From Camelus dromedarius (taxonomy: Eukaryota): a DNA stretch of 64,000 nt. The translations under genes and the position numbers were made by a program. Every line of letters starts with the position of its first letter. The stretch's first letter is position 1. This document shows positions 40,001-50,100 of the stretch, in pieces. The stretch is taken from positions 74,650,001 through 74,714,000 of the forward strand of contig NC_087437.1 of NCBI RefSeq assembly GCF_036321535.1. The letters are read 5' to 3'. The notes under the pieces were generated by a model. That model worked only from the letters and a program-made list of their open reading frames with translations, did no database searches and was not told where the DNA came from.

Positions 40001-42258
40001 GGGCACTGTCTCTTGCATGTAGCAAGCATTAAAAAAAAGAAAAGTGGGTATTAATCCAGCAAGTGGGATTAGTTTGAACAAAGTCATGAAGATGGAAATA
40101 CATGACATATGCAAAAAAAAAAAATTGGCCCAAACTGAGCATTATAGATTTTGAGTAATATCATTAGTTTGTGATCAAGTTATAGTAAGTTTTAAATGTT
40201 GGAAAGTTTAGTTTACCTGGTAGCCAGTGGTGTTCTTTTGATAGGTTTTATTAGTTATGTGATATGGTCAATGAAGTATCTTTGTAATCACCAAACAAGT
40301 TTTAGAAGCACAATTATGAAGAGAACAGAAGGAAGTCTACAAAAGGCTGTTCTCTGTAATTTTTAAGTTTCGAGCCAAATTAAAATCAACATACTAAAGA
40401 AAATGGTGAGGAATAAATCTGATGGAAGGGGCTGGATAAATTTGTTGTTCTCTAGTTTGTCGAGCTAATTAGTTAAGATTTCTCTTCCTAAATGTGAATA
40501 GGGAAAATTTTTTATTAAAATAAGCCACTAAAATTGACAAACTTGGGTGGGGTGCGGGTGGGGTACAGTTTTGAAGCAGCAACAGCAGTGGTGGGTCAAG
40601 GAAGAGCAGTCCTGGACCGCAGTCCTGTTTCTAGCAGCAGTCATTTCAATAACGTGACACATGACACAACTTTTCTGGGCCTCGGTTTCCATGTCTCTAA
40701 AATGAGGAGCCATTGGACCAGAAAGTATGCAAAAGCCACCTATAGTACTAAAATTAAGATGTTATTAAGAAGTTTATATGCCTGTAAAGGAACTTTTATT
40801 CCGAAAGACCACTATGTTTATTGAGAACCTATTGGGGAAACTTATGTGCAGTTTTAAAGAAAAACGTTCATGTGCAAAATTTTTTGAACACTTTCCAGTA
40901 GTCAGGGAGGGACAAGGAGTCTGAAGTCAGGTGCATCACCCCTGGGTGATGGGCCACTGAAGCACGTTAAGCAAGTAAATGGACTGAGGCTTACACTGCC
41001 CAGGAGGGAAGGGGATAAGGTCAATGAGAAAAATCTTGTGGGAAAGTTTAAAGGGCCTGGCACCTTGTGTGGGGCCAAAAAAGGACACCTGGCTTCTAAA
41101 TAGGTATTTGGTAGTTAATAGTTAAACATTGTTAAGGACAAGAGTTGCACTGGGCCTGAGGACAGAGCTTCAAGGAACAGCAGTATTTTAGGGGCGTGTT
41201 AAAGGAGACAGAAAAGAAACAAAGAGAAAAGCTGAAATATGAAGTCGATGGGGAGAATTTCCAAAGGGAAATTATCATAAGTAATATCAAATGAAGCTGA
41301 AGAAGGTACAGATAACATACTTGCTTGGAAAACGTAAAAGATTCAAAGCAGTAAAGAACGTAGATAATTTGGTGTTGGTTGAACAAGGGATGGAGAGTAG
41401 AGGCTGTAAATGGAGGTGTTTTCTAAAAGGCACAAGTGGAGAGGAGGAGCAGTAAGATGCTCAAAGGGAACTGTCAGCGCTAAAGAGGGCTGAGTGCTGC
41501 TGGGCTTACTTGGGGTGGGGCTTGGGGAGGAGTGGGAGGGACTAGGGGAGTAGGAGGATGGAAAGATCATCCCTCTGAACAGAGGGACTTGGTGCAGCCC
41601 ACACTTGGTTCCCAGGGATCCATCTGCCCCCCTGCAGTTGTCCAGGAACCATCCTAGGCTTCATCGTGAGCTCTCTGTTGGGCTGCTGAGGACCTATCTT
41701 TGGTGTCACGATGATTGAACACCAAGGTCTAGGACAGCTGGCTGAGGATAGAAGCCTGGAGTGAGTGGGCTTCTTAGGCTAGACTCCCCATCCACCAGCC
41801 TGCAGTGGCCACCCTCAGGCACTGTCATAATTACCACATCCTACAGGACCAAGTATGTGAGTGTACACTCATTTTTTTCCCGTTTTGGCAGTCCTGCTTC
41901 TCACCACAATTCTATGCTGAGCAACTTGAAGAGAATTGAGGTCCCTTTGGATATCCTTTTAATGGGATATGTGGGCCACTGGGCAAATGTTAAAGTTCTA
42001 TCTGGGGCCCCTCCTGCCCATGAGCTGAACAGGAAAGGAACATATTAGAGAGACATGATGCATTGGATGATTGTCATTCCTTGATGATGTGGCCACATGC
42101 TTCCCACTCAGGATCCTGAAGTTTAAGGGCAATTTTATTGGCATTCCAGGAATGGGTTTCTTGGTTATTTTCAAGAATGCAACTTGATATTTCATCTCAA
42201 TTCTAAAACATTTCATTTGCTTTATAGGAATAAAGTATTAACAAAAAGTCTGCAATGA
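34024..42258 (+). CDS. DPPA4: Developmental pluripotency-associated protein 4, spliced CDS join(34024-34047,35618-35777,36875-37035,37123-37173,37402-37705,39197-39392,42228-42258), 927 nt, 308 aa
   Basis: All introns GT-AG with consistent phases. Translation contains [44 protein letters not shown] (SAP domain) and [13 protein letters not shown]...[21 protein letters not shown], matching recalled human DPPA4. Confidence 0.95.
34512..34531 (+). promoter_or_regulatory. POU/OCT4 octamer within a palindrome in DPPA4 intron 1
   Basis: ATGCAAAT at 34524-34531, inside TGCATAA-GGG-TTATGCA. Confidence 0.5.
35618..35777 (+). CDS. DPPA4: DPPA4 exon 2 ([10 protein letters not shown]...ENDE)
   Basis: tccccag| acceptor, G|gtaaga donor, 160 nt, phase 0 to 1. 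Confidence 0.88.
36493..36608 (-). mobile_element. tRNA-derived SINE in DPPA4 intron 2
   Basis: Same consensus. Confidence 0.85.
36875..37035 (+). CDS. DPPA4: DPPA4 exon 3, first part of SAP domain
   Basis: ccttcag| acceptor, CAG|gtgaga donor, 161 nt; [28 protein letters not shown]. Confidence 0.96.
37123..37173 (+). CDS. DPPA4: DPPA4 exon 4 ([17 protein letters not shown])
   Basis: tgtcttag| acceptor, AAG|gtgagt donor, 51 nt; too short for the ORF track. Confidence 0.95.
37402..37705 (+). CDS. DPPA4: DPPA4 exon 5
   Basis: ctttgcag| acceptor, G|gtaagc donor, 304 nt; [10 protein letters not shown]...[10 protein letters not shown]. Confidence 0.95.
38470..38955 (+). mobile_element. MER34-like solo LTR in DPPA4 intron 5
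   Basis: tgaaggaaaccagaatgtcacccc...gcctcccctaca, near-TSD CTAT/CTGT. Confidence 0.7.
39197..39392 (+). CDS. DPPA4: DPPA4 exon 6, conserved DPPA2/4 C-terminal domain
   Basis: ctccccag| acceptor, AG|gtaatg donor, 196 nt; VRWCVVHG...[10 protein letters not shown]...EDNMLCPKC. Confidence 0.97.
42228..42258 (+). CDS. DPPA4: DPPA4 last coding exon ([10 protein letters not shown])
   Basis: tgctttatag| acceptor; matches recalled human RNKVLIKSLQWE. Confidence 0.92.
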
Positions 42259-43156
42259 GATTACAATACCTGGAAATGGGATGCGGCTGTGATTATAATT
42301 AATGACAGAGAAATGACTACAGCCAACTCCATGGTGCCATTTGACAGCTGGACTCAGGCTGCTCCACACTCTCCATGTTTCCTGCCTGAGCAAAAGCCTG
42401 TGAACTGCCTGACAGGAAGCGAAAGAGGACGTGGCCATCCCATCCCGCCCAAGATCCCCAGCCCTAAGGGAGCAGAGGAGGAAGGAGATGGGGAAATTTA
42501 AAAAATACAAATTCACCGAATGGAATTAATTTTTCTGAAGGTGCCTCAAGTAAATTTCTACATTGGGCAAGATGAGGCCTATAGACAGAAACTGAAATTT
42601 GGTTATGTATACCTTAACCAAATAAACAAACTCATCATTACCAGGTAATGATACAAACAGAAGTGTGTTTTGATGTGATACAAATAGGTCACTGATAATA
42701 TTCTTGCCAGAAAAATTTAATATGAATCTATTCACAAGCAAGCAGTCCTGATTATCCCTGTTGTCTCGGCATAAGTGAGTGAGCTTATCTTGTTTTGGGG
42801 GACAGTTACTTAGGCGTATCCATATGTAAATATTCACAGAGCTATGCACTTAAGATGTCTATGTTTTACCTGTGTGTAAGTTATATATAATTTTTTTAAT
42901 GTCCTGATTGAAAGATAAATTATAGTTCCCCTAGTAAAAGGGGTATTTGGGGAATAATTGGGGAAAATTTAATGTTGATTGGATATTGAGTGATACTGTA
43001 GCAATATTAAATGTCTTGGTTGTGATAACTGTGTTGTGGTTATACAGGATTATAGACACAGAGTACACAGAAAGAATATTGCATTAATCGTTCACAGTTG
43101 GTCAGTGAGGTACAGAAAATACAGGTGTTATACCAACTTGTGTTTGAAAAAATTTC

Positions 43157-43182
43157 AATAAAAAGTTTTATTTTAAAATAAA
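43157..43182 (+). terminator. Candidate DPPA4 polyadenylation signals
   Basis: AATAAA at 43157-43162 and 43177-43182; another at 42621-42626. Which is used cannot be seen. Confidence 0.4.
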
Positions 43183-44062
43183 ATACTCATTTGTATATGT
43201 GAAATGATCCTTTTGAAATGTGAGTCAGATCATGACATTGCTCAAAACCCTCCCGTGGATCTCATTTGCTCAGAGGAAAAACCAAAGTCCTTGTAATGCC
43301 CTCCAAGGCCTTTGCTAAAGTGTCTTGTACAGCGTCCATGCCCCTTCATCTCTGGCCTCATCTCCAGCATCCTGCCTTTGCTGTTCTTGATTATAACCAA
43401 TACACTCTCTCCTTAGGGCCTTGTCGCTTGGAAATGCACCCACATGTCAATATGGTAAATCTACTAAGTCTTTTTTTGAATTTTACTTTGTCGAAAAGGC
43501 ATACTCTGAACCCCTATTGAAAATCACAAGCTGTTTCTCCACCCCTGAGTCTCCCTTACCCTACTTTCTGTTTTTTCATCACACATCTCCTCTAAATATG
43601 TTAATTTGTTATTTACTGTTTGTCTTTCTCTAATAGTATAAAAGGATTTCTGTCAGTTTTGTGCACTTAGGTATCACAACCTCCTAGAACAGCCTGTGAC
43701 GCATAGTTGGTGCTCAGTAAATATTTCGTGAATGAGGAATGAAAAGATTTGAAGTGAATTATAAAAGGAGATGGATCGCAGTTTATTTAGGAATCAACAT
43801 TAAAACATCAACTTTTGTCCTATCTAATTTATTACTAAATACTATCTAATTTTACTCAATATTCTCCAGGAAAATTTCTGTGAGTTACCTCTTAGAAAGA
43901 AAAAGTTTCTCTGTTGTGTTAAGCACCCGGCATTCTATTTTCTATTTCCTCCTTAAGTGTCATGTTTAATTCCCTCCAAAATACTATTTTAGAAGTTCTC
44001 TAGTAAATTCTGTTTAAATTGCTTAGCAGGAACTGTGTCCCCACCCCATGCCCCACCCTCCT

Positions 44063-44158
44063 GTTTTTTTGTTTTTAATGGAGGTACTGAGGATTGAAAG
44101 CAGGTCCTCTTGTATGCTAAGCATGCCCTATTACTGAGCTCTACCCACCCACCTTCAC
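44063..44158 (-). mobile_element. tRNA-derived SINE (Vic-1-like)
   Basis: Same consensus. Confidence 0.8.
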
Positions 44159-46149
44159 CCTCCTGTTTTAGACCATGGAGGCCAAAGGTCATAAGAACAG
44201 CAGTAATTGCCCAACATTTCAATCACCATTACCTGAAGGATATAGCTGTAAACTGGCAGTTTTTGAAAGATAAGAAGAGAAAGAACTTCCAGTAGTGAGG
44301 GGGAAACGTAGGAGACAAAATGAAGAAAATGGGCCTTAGAAGAATTAGCTTGAAGTCATCTTTTGTTCGTGGCCAGGAATGCCTAGAATTGAATGGCCTG
44401 GAGGAAGTAAATCACTCCAAAAGGTGTTACTTCTCATTTCTGAGTCCATCACCTAAGGGATGGTTTTCTCTGAGAAAGAGTTTTGAGCTGACATCAGAAT
44501 CTAGGGCAAGTAAGAGTTAAATTGAAAAAAAAAGGACATTCCAGCTGGTTGAAAGGGTCTGGGAGGCTCCTGAGATGGGTAACAAAACTAAAAGGCCAGT
44601 GTGTTGGGAGTTCAGAACCAGGGAACATAGATATTGGATGAGACTGGAAAGGAATGGAAGCCCAGACAAGAGAAAGCAAAGGGAAAAATACAGGGAAGCC
44701 ATTTAGGAGTTCAAGGGGCTGGGCTGAAATATCAGATTTGCATTTTTCAAAGATTATTTGCCTGCAGTATGGAGAAAGGGTGAGAGGGAAGAGGGTGTGT
44801 GCTAGAGAAGACCGGTTAAGCAGGTATTTACGCCTAGCCTAGCAAGAGAGGTTGGCGGGTTAGACTCTGGTGGGTGGTACATAAGCCTTAATTACCTGAC
44901 TGACAGGGAGCAGTATATTTTAATGGGGCTCCCACACATACAAAATTTGGTTTTCTTCTGTTAATCTGTCTGATGTCAATATAATTATGAGACAAGCCAA
45001 AGTACATGGAAGAGTTTTTTGCTCCTACATCGTTCATCAGTTGAAGGATATTTGGTAATTTCTTGGTTTTGGTGATTATAAATAAGCCCTTTATAAACCT
45101 GCATATATAGTTTTTTTGTGTGTGAACATTCAAGTTTCACTCATTTGGGGGTAAATATCCAAGGAAGAAGATTGCTGAATTAAATGCTAAGCATCCGTTT
45201 AGCTTTATAAGAAACTCCCGCACTGTTTTCTAAAATGGTTGTGACATACTGTAGTCTCACCAGAAACAAATGATATCCACTTGCTTTGTATCTTCATCAA
45301 CACTTGATATGATCAGACTTTTAAATTTTAGCTATTCTAATAGGTGTATTGTGGTATCTTAATTGTATTAGTTTACCCTCCATACAGCTTCTTGATGAAG
45401 CAGCAAAGTATTTTTCCCTTTTTTGTTGTTAAATTGTTTGTTTTCTTATTAATTTAGATTCAGCTTGTCACTTTTTGCAACAAAAATCCTACAAGGATTT
45501 TGGTGAATCTTCTGGGCCAATGAGGAATGGGAAAAGTAGTATATTGCAGGGACAACAGGATAGAATAACTCTAAAAAATGATATTTGTTATTGTTTTATA
45601 ATGTGTTAGGGATAGCTATATTTTGAAAGAAGAATACATTTAAGTATGTTCATCTGTGAGAAAATACCTAGCCTTAATTAGAATGCAGGAGTGTGTAAGG
45701 AGTTCTGACAAGCAGAAGGCAGTAACGGAATGCAGGTGATTTGTATGTAGTATGGAGGGTATTGTAAAATGAAAATAGTGGTCAACTCTGTTAAATTCTA
45801 AAACTTCATTTCCCTAGATGGTTAACATATCTCAACTACAATCTAATGTAATGATCTGACCTGTGGGTGGAGGCTATAAAAAAGAAAAAGATAGCACACA
45901 TGCATGTTGGGTAAAGTGTTAATGACCTGCAAAGATTAAGGAAGTAAGAAGTCTACAATCTAAGTTTGAGACCAGCTCTGCTATCTTAGTTGCTGATTGA
46001 TATTCAGCATCTGTTACTTAAATAGCAATAGTAATAATATTTATCTCACAGGATTATAAGAACTAATGAGACACTATATATAATATACTTCATAAATTGA
46101 AGGTCTATGCAAATGCTATTTATGACTGTTTTATTAAATTCTGTCTTAG

Positions 46150-47110
46150 CTTCTGTTCTTCAATGTTAAGTTGCCCCAAATAGAATACTTCCCTTGCCGA
46201 CCAGTCTGCCTCTTATAAATGGGCTAGCTTGAGACACTTTATGTAGAGGGTGTCAATAACATAATTTGAGTACTGATAGCAAGGTTAGTAAATTGGGAAT
46301 TTGTGCTGCTCGGAATTTGTTCTGCATCCTTTTATTAACTTTTATTTCCCTCTTATTTTCTACAGAAACAAAAAGCAATTTATGAGAGACTGTGTAAACA
46401 TGCATATTTTAAAAAATCACTTATTAGGGAGGCAGTAATTATGTTACGTCATAATTCTTACATATAATCATTTTGCCTAATTTTGGTATGAAGCAAGGAC
46501 AGAGAAAGCAGAGAGATAAAGAAGGGGAAGACATTATTCTTGATCTCTATTTCCATATATCCCTCTCTCTATACTCCATTTTGAACTACTGAAATAACTA
46601 ACATTCATTTTTTTTTTTAAATGGTAGTGGTACCCTCACTTTTGGACACTAATCAAGAGACCTGTTTGCAGAATATGCTTACCTCAGCAGAAATGGTCCA
46701 GAAATTGTCACATTGGAGAAGACAGCTGATATTATCTCAGTAAAACTGGAAGAAAAAAATATATATATATGTATACCTCAACTAAAACCAAAAACTAAAA
46801 AAAAAAAAAAAAAAATGAAAGAAAAGAAAAAAAGTGAGAGAGAGAAAGACCTGATTTTTAGCCAGTTCAGCAATGCCTCAGCACAGACCTAAAAGAGAGG
46901 AGATGGGAGTGATCACCACTACCTGGACAAGGCTTGAAGTTGTGTGATAAGTAACTCAGACCAAGGGACTGTACAGCTATGCTACATTCAAGGAAAGGGT
47001 CCAGACCTGACAACCCCTGTGATAGCTAGCAGTCGCCCTAGCTACTGTTGCTGCCACGTGTGAGTCCTGGACCCAGAAAGTCTCTAGTAAGGCTGATAAT
47101 AGTCAGCGCT
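46150..47110 (+). pseudogene. Unprocessed DPPA2/4-family pseudogene relic: exon 3 (46150-46283), exon 4 (46366-~46419), exon 5 (46672-47110)
   Basis: ILPLPTSLPLINGLA*DTLCRGCQ*HNLSTDSK|gttagt, 82-nt intron, ctacag|KQKAIYERLCKHAYF, then tttgcag|NMLTSAEMVQKLSHWRRQ; in-frame stops. Confidence 0.88.
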
Positions 47111-47449
47111 GTAAGTAAGAAGCTCAGTTTTAACTAGCTGCAACTAGAAAGGAAGTAACTGAACAAGCCATTTACCATTTAACAGTCCATAGGTTGAAAA
47201 TGGTTTTCTGTAAAGCATCTCTCCATTTGCCATAACGAACTTTCTATTGGCAGATGTCAATGTTCATTCCTGAACTGATTTCTAAGTCAAGTGATTTGGT
47301 CCTGTTCTTTTCCCATCGAGTCTAATTATAATTTTAGAGGGAAGTATAAAGTGTTGATGTGCTCAGACGAAGAGTGCCCCACCCCGAGTATATCCTATTT
47401 CTCTTCCCTTTCTTCAAGGCAGTCAATCCAAGGATGTATAGCATTACGG

Positions 47450-47868
47450 TGTGGTGATCACGCAAATATGCCTTTCAGCTCTGTACTGCAGAGAGAGTGA
47501 TGGGTCAGTGGCCCCATCTTTAACTCCACTGCTATGAGGCTCATGGCTGTGCTGTAACTCCCAGCCGCTATTCCTAGCCACTGAGTGTATCAGGGATTCT
47601 AAAGCAAGGTCATGCTTGTGGCTTAGACTCAAGGACTCCTTATCAGCCTTGCTGAAACTTTCTTAGAACTGCACTGCAGTTCAAGACTCTTCCTACTCAG
47701 ACTCCCTTCCCAATCCTGCACAGGGGTCAGAGCTTCATCATGGTCTGACAGCTCTCCCAGCCTCCCAGCTCTCTTCTTATTTTCCTTCCCAATTGTTTTC
47801 TACAGCAAATCTCTTGCATACCTAATCCCTGCTTGGCATCAGCTTCTTGGAAGACATGAACAAATACA
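47450..47868 (+). mobile_element. ERVL-class LTR (LTR16/ERV3-16A3-like)
   Basis: TG...CA termini; 3-prime end aaatctcttgcatacctaatccctgcttggcatcagcttcttggaagac resembles recalled LTR16 ends; followed by internal sequence. Confidence 0.7.
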
Positions 47869-50100
47869 TATTGTGCCAGGAGTAGTTAGGAGAAAACAGA
47901 TGATAAGATGAGATTCGGGAACTGGCTCATTGAACTGCTGGTGAACACAAAAGGACCGCATTCCAAGTGCTATGTCAGAGACATAGGGACGTGATAGTGG
48001 TCCAACTGCTGAAGATTTCACTGGAGGTAACCTGGAAAAATGTCCCGCTGGGGAATGCCCTTGCAAGTGCAATAATTCAGACATTTGGAAAATGTAGATG
48101 TAAAGGGCCTGTAAAGATAGTGGAGTTGACTGGGTATTGGTAAGTCATATTAATGTCCATCAATGGGATAATGAGAAGCTGAAGGCCATTAACACGTATT
48201 GGAAGACTAAATATGAGATGTATGTGCACGCCAAAGGGCCCCTAGTAAATTACAGAGGCCCATTCCTCCTGTTGTTAGGTGAACAGACACAGCTGAACAG
48301 CAGACAAAAGCTCTAATAGCTAAAGTTGGAGAGCTACAGAGACTTACAATTTTAGCAAAGGCAGGTCTGTTATGCTAAAGTCAGCAGCCTGACTGGGAAA
48401 AATCTCAGACCCTGAAAGATCAGGCAGAGATATTGGAGTGGGTGTCCCTGGGAGTGTCAGTTCTGTAGAGCCCTATGAGTTCTCAGACTTTGCAGAGTTG
48501 GTCCTCAGTTCCCTAGTAAGAGCAAACACTACTTGTACACTGGAGGATGCTGCACGGGTCCCTCCCCATCAACGGTAACAATAACAGGTGCTCCCTTCAA
48601 AAATTCTCCAAACTCCTCTCCCAGCTAGTAGGCCAATAACTGAGAATTAAATTCTCAAAACCCAGCTAAGGGAGCGATGAGCCTGGCAAGGCAGGAAAGA
48701 GAATATACACCAAAGAATCTACAGACATTAGCCAATGTACTGGCAGGAGTTAGGGGAGTAATTCTTGGGTTACATTTTGAAAGCAATTGATCAAAAGGGC
48801 TGGAATACAACACTAGATAAGCAAGAATTTATAGTCTTGGGGGACAATTACTCCTTTTTCAGGACTTAAGATTCTAGCAAGGATCCTAGGAGATGGGACA
48901 AATTCACAGCTAGGATGCTTCTGAGAGGTCTGGGGAAAGTGACAGCCAGCACTGAGCAAAGTGTAAATGCCCAAGCTGCCCTGGCAGAGGACAGAGGAAG
49001 GAGCAAAGAGGCCGATGAACGTGGGCCTGCAAAGATGAACAAGTTCTGTGACTCCGGACACCCACCAGAGGTATTCCCCAGCGTCCACCGAGGCCATCAG
49101 AAACATGCTGCAGAAGGGGTGCCAGGAATGCTGAGAAGGTCAGTGGTCCTCTGAAGACAAGGCTGATGGTAGGTGAGGCAGTCGTGGAACTGGGCTTATT
49201 AGTGTCATTCTGGGGATGATGGTCCCTGAAGTAAACGAGTCAGATGGTGGCACTTAACCAGCAGAAACCAGCAGGCTGCAAGGGCCAGGAGGGCTGGAGG
49301 GCAGCCAAGGGGGCTTGATTCACAGGGGGCTGTGGAGATGGCTAACAGAGCATGGCGTCCCTAGGGGTGAAGTAGACGGGCAGCCAGCAAGGGTGCTTCT
49401 ATTCTTTTTTTTTTTTTTTTTCAATTTTGGAAAGTAAACACTTCTAATTTTTCCTAGTTTTACTGAGATAAAATTGACATATGACATTGTACAAGTTTAA
49501 AGTGTACAACATAATGATTTGATATATGTAACTATTGTGGAAAAGGATGCGCCTTAACATCTACAGTCAGAAGTCAAGAATGGAGGAGCAGGAGGCTGAG
49601 AGCACTCTAGTAAGAAGTCACAGTCTTTTACTCAGCTCTCAGACCTGAGCTGATTTCCAGATCCAGAACCCACTAGGTAGTGAGATGGCTGGCTTCTTGG
49701 CAAGAAGGACTCTATAAACACCACAACAAGTATTCCTTATACTGATTCCCCCAGTCCTTCCTTCAAAGGGAAATAGCCAGTTAACCATGTGACTACACTG
49801 GAAAAGAGAAATGAGACATTTTGAGGACTATTGGACACAGGGTATGAATTGACTTTGGTACTCAAATTGTCACCATGCTCCCCTTTTTGTTAGATTGGAG
49901 GCATAAAGGAGTCCAATTATAACTGGAGACCTAGCTAAAGGAGGCCCACTGGTTTTATGAACAAACCCAGGGATGATTGTCCCAATCTCTGAATGTACCA
50001 TTGGAGTTGATATACTTGACAGTTGAAGTAACCCCACATTGGGTCCTTGGCCTGTGGGATAAGAGCTACCATAGTGGGAAGGCCACCCCTGGAACTGGTT
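47869..50100 (+). mobile_element. Decayed ERVL internal region (gag/protease), interrupted by a short antisense L1 tail near 49400-49540
   Basis: Aspartyl protease motif GLLDTGYELTLV at 49825-49860 and ECTIGVDIL near 49991-50017; many stops; right boundary approximate. Confidence 0.75.

Noticed and set aside
42846..42852. GCACTTA, a miR-302/371-family seed match in the putative DPPA4 3-prime UTR
   Set aside because: Single 7-mer, UTR extent unknown, expected by chance
45610..45735. Possible exon-2 relic of the third paralog (ttag|...GAAGAATAC...GCAG|gtgatt)
   Set aside because: Position fits, but similarity is only an EEY-like patch and the phases do not match exon 2 without assuming frameshifts
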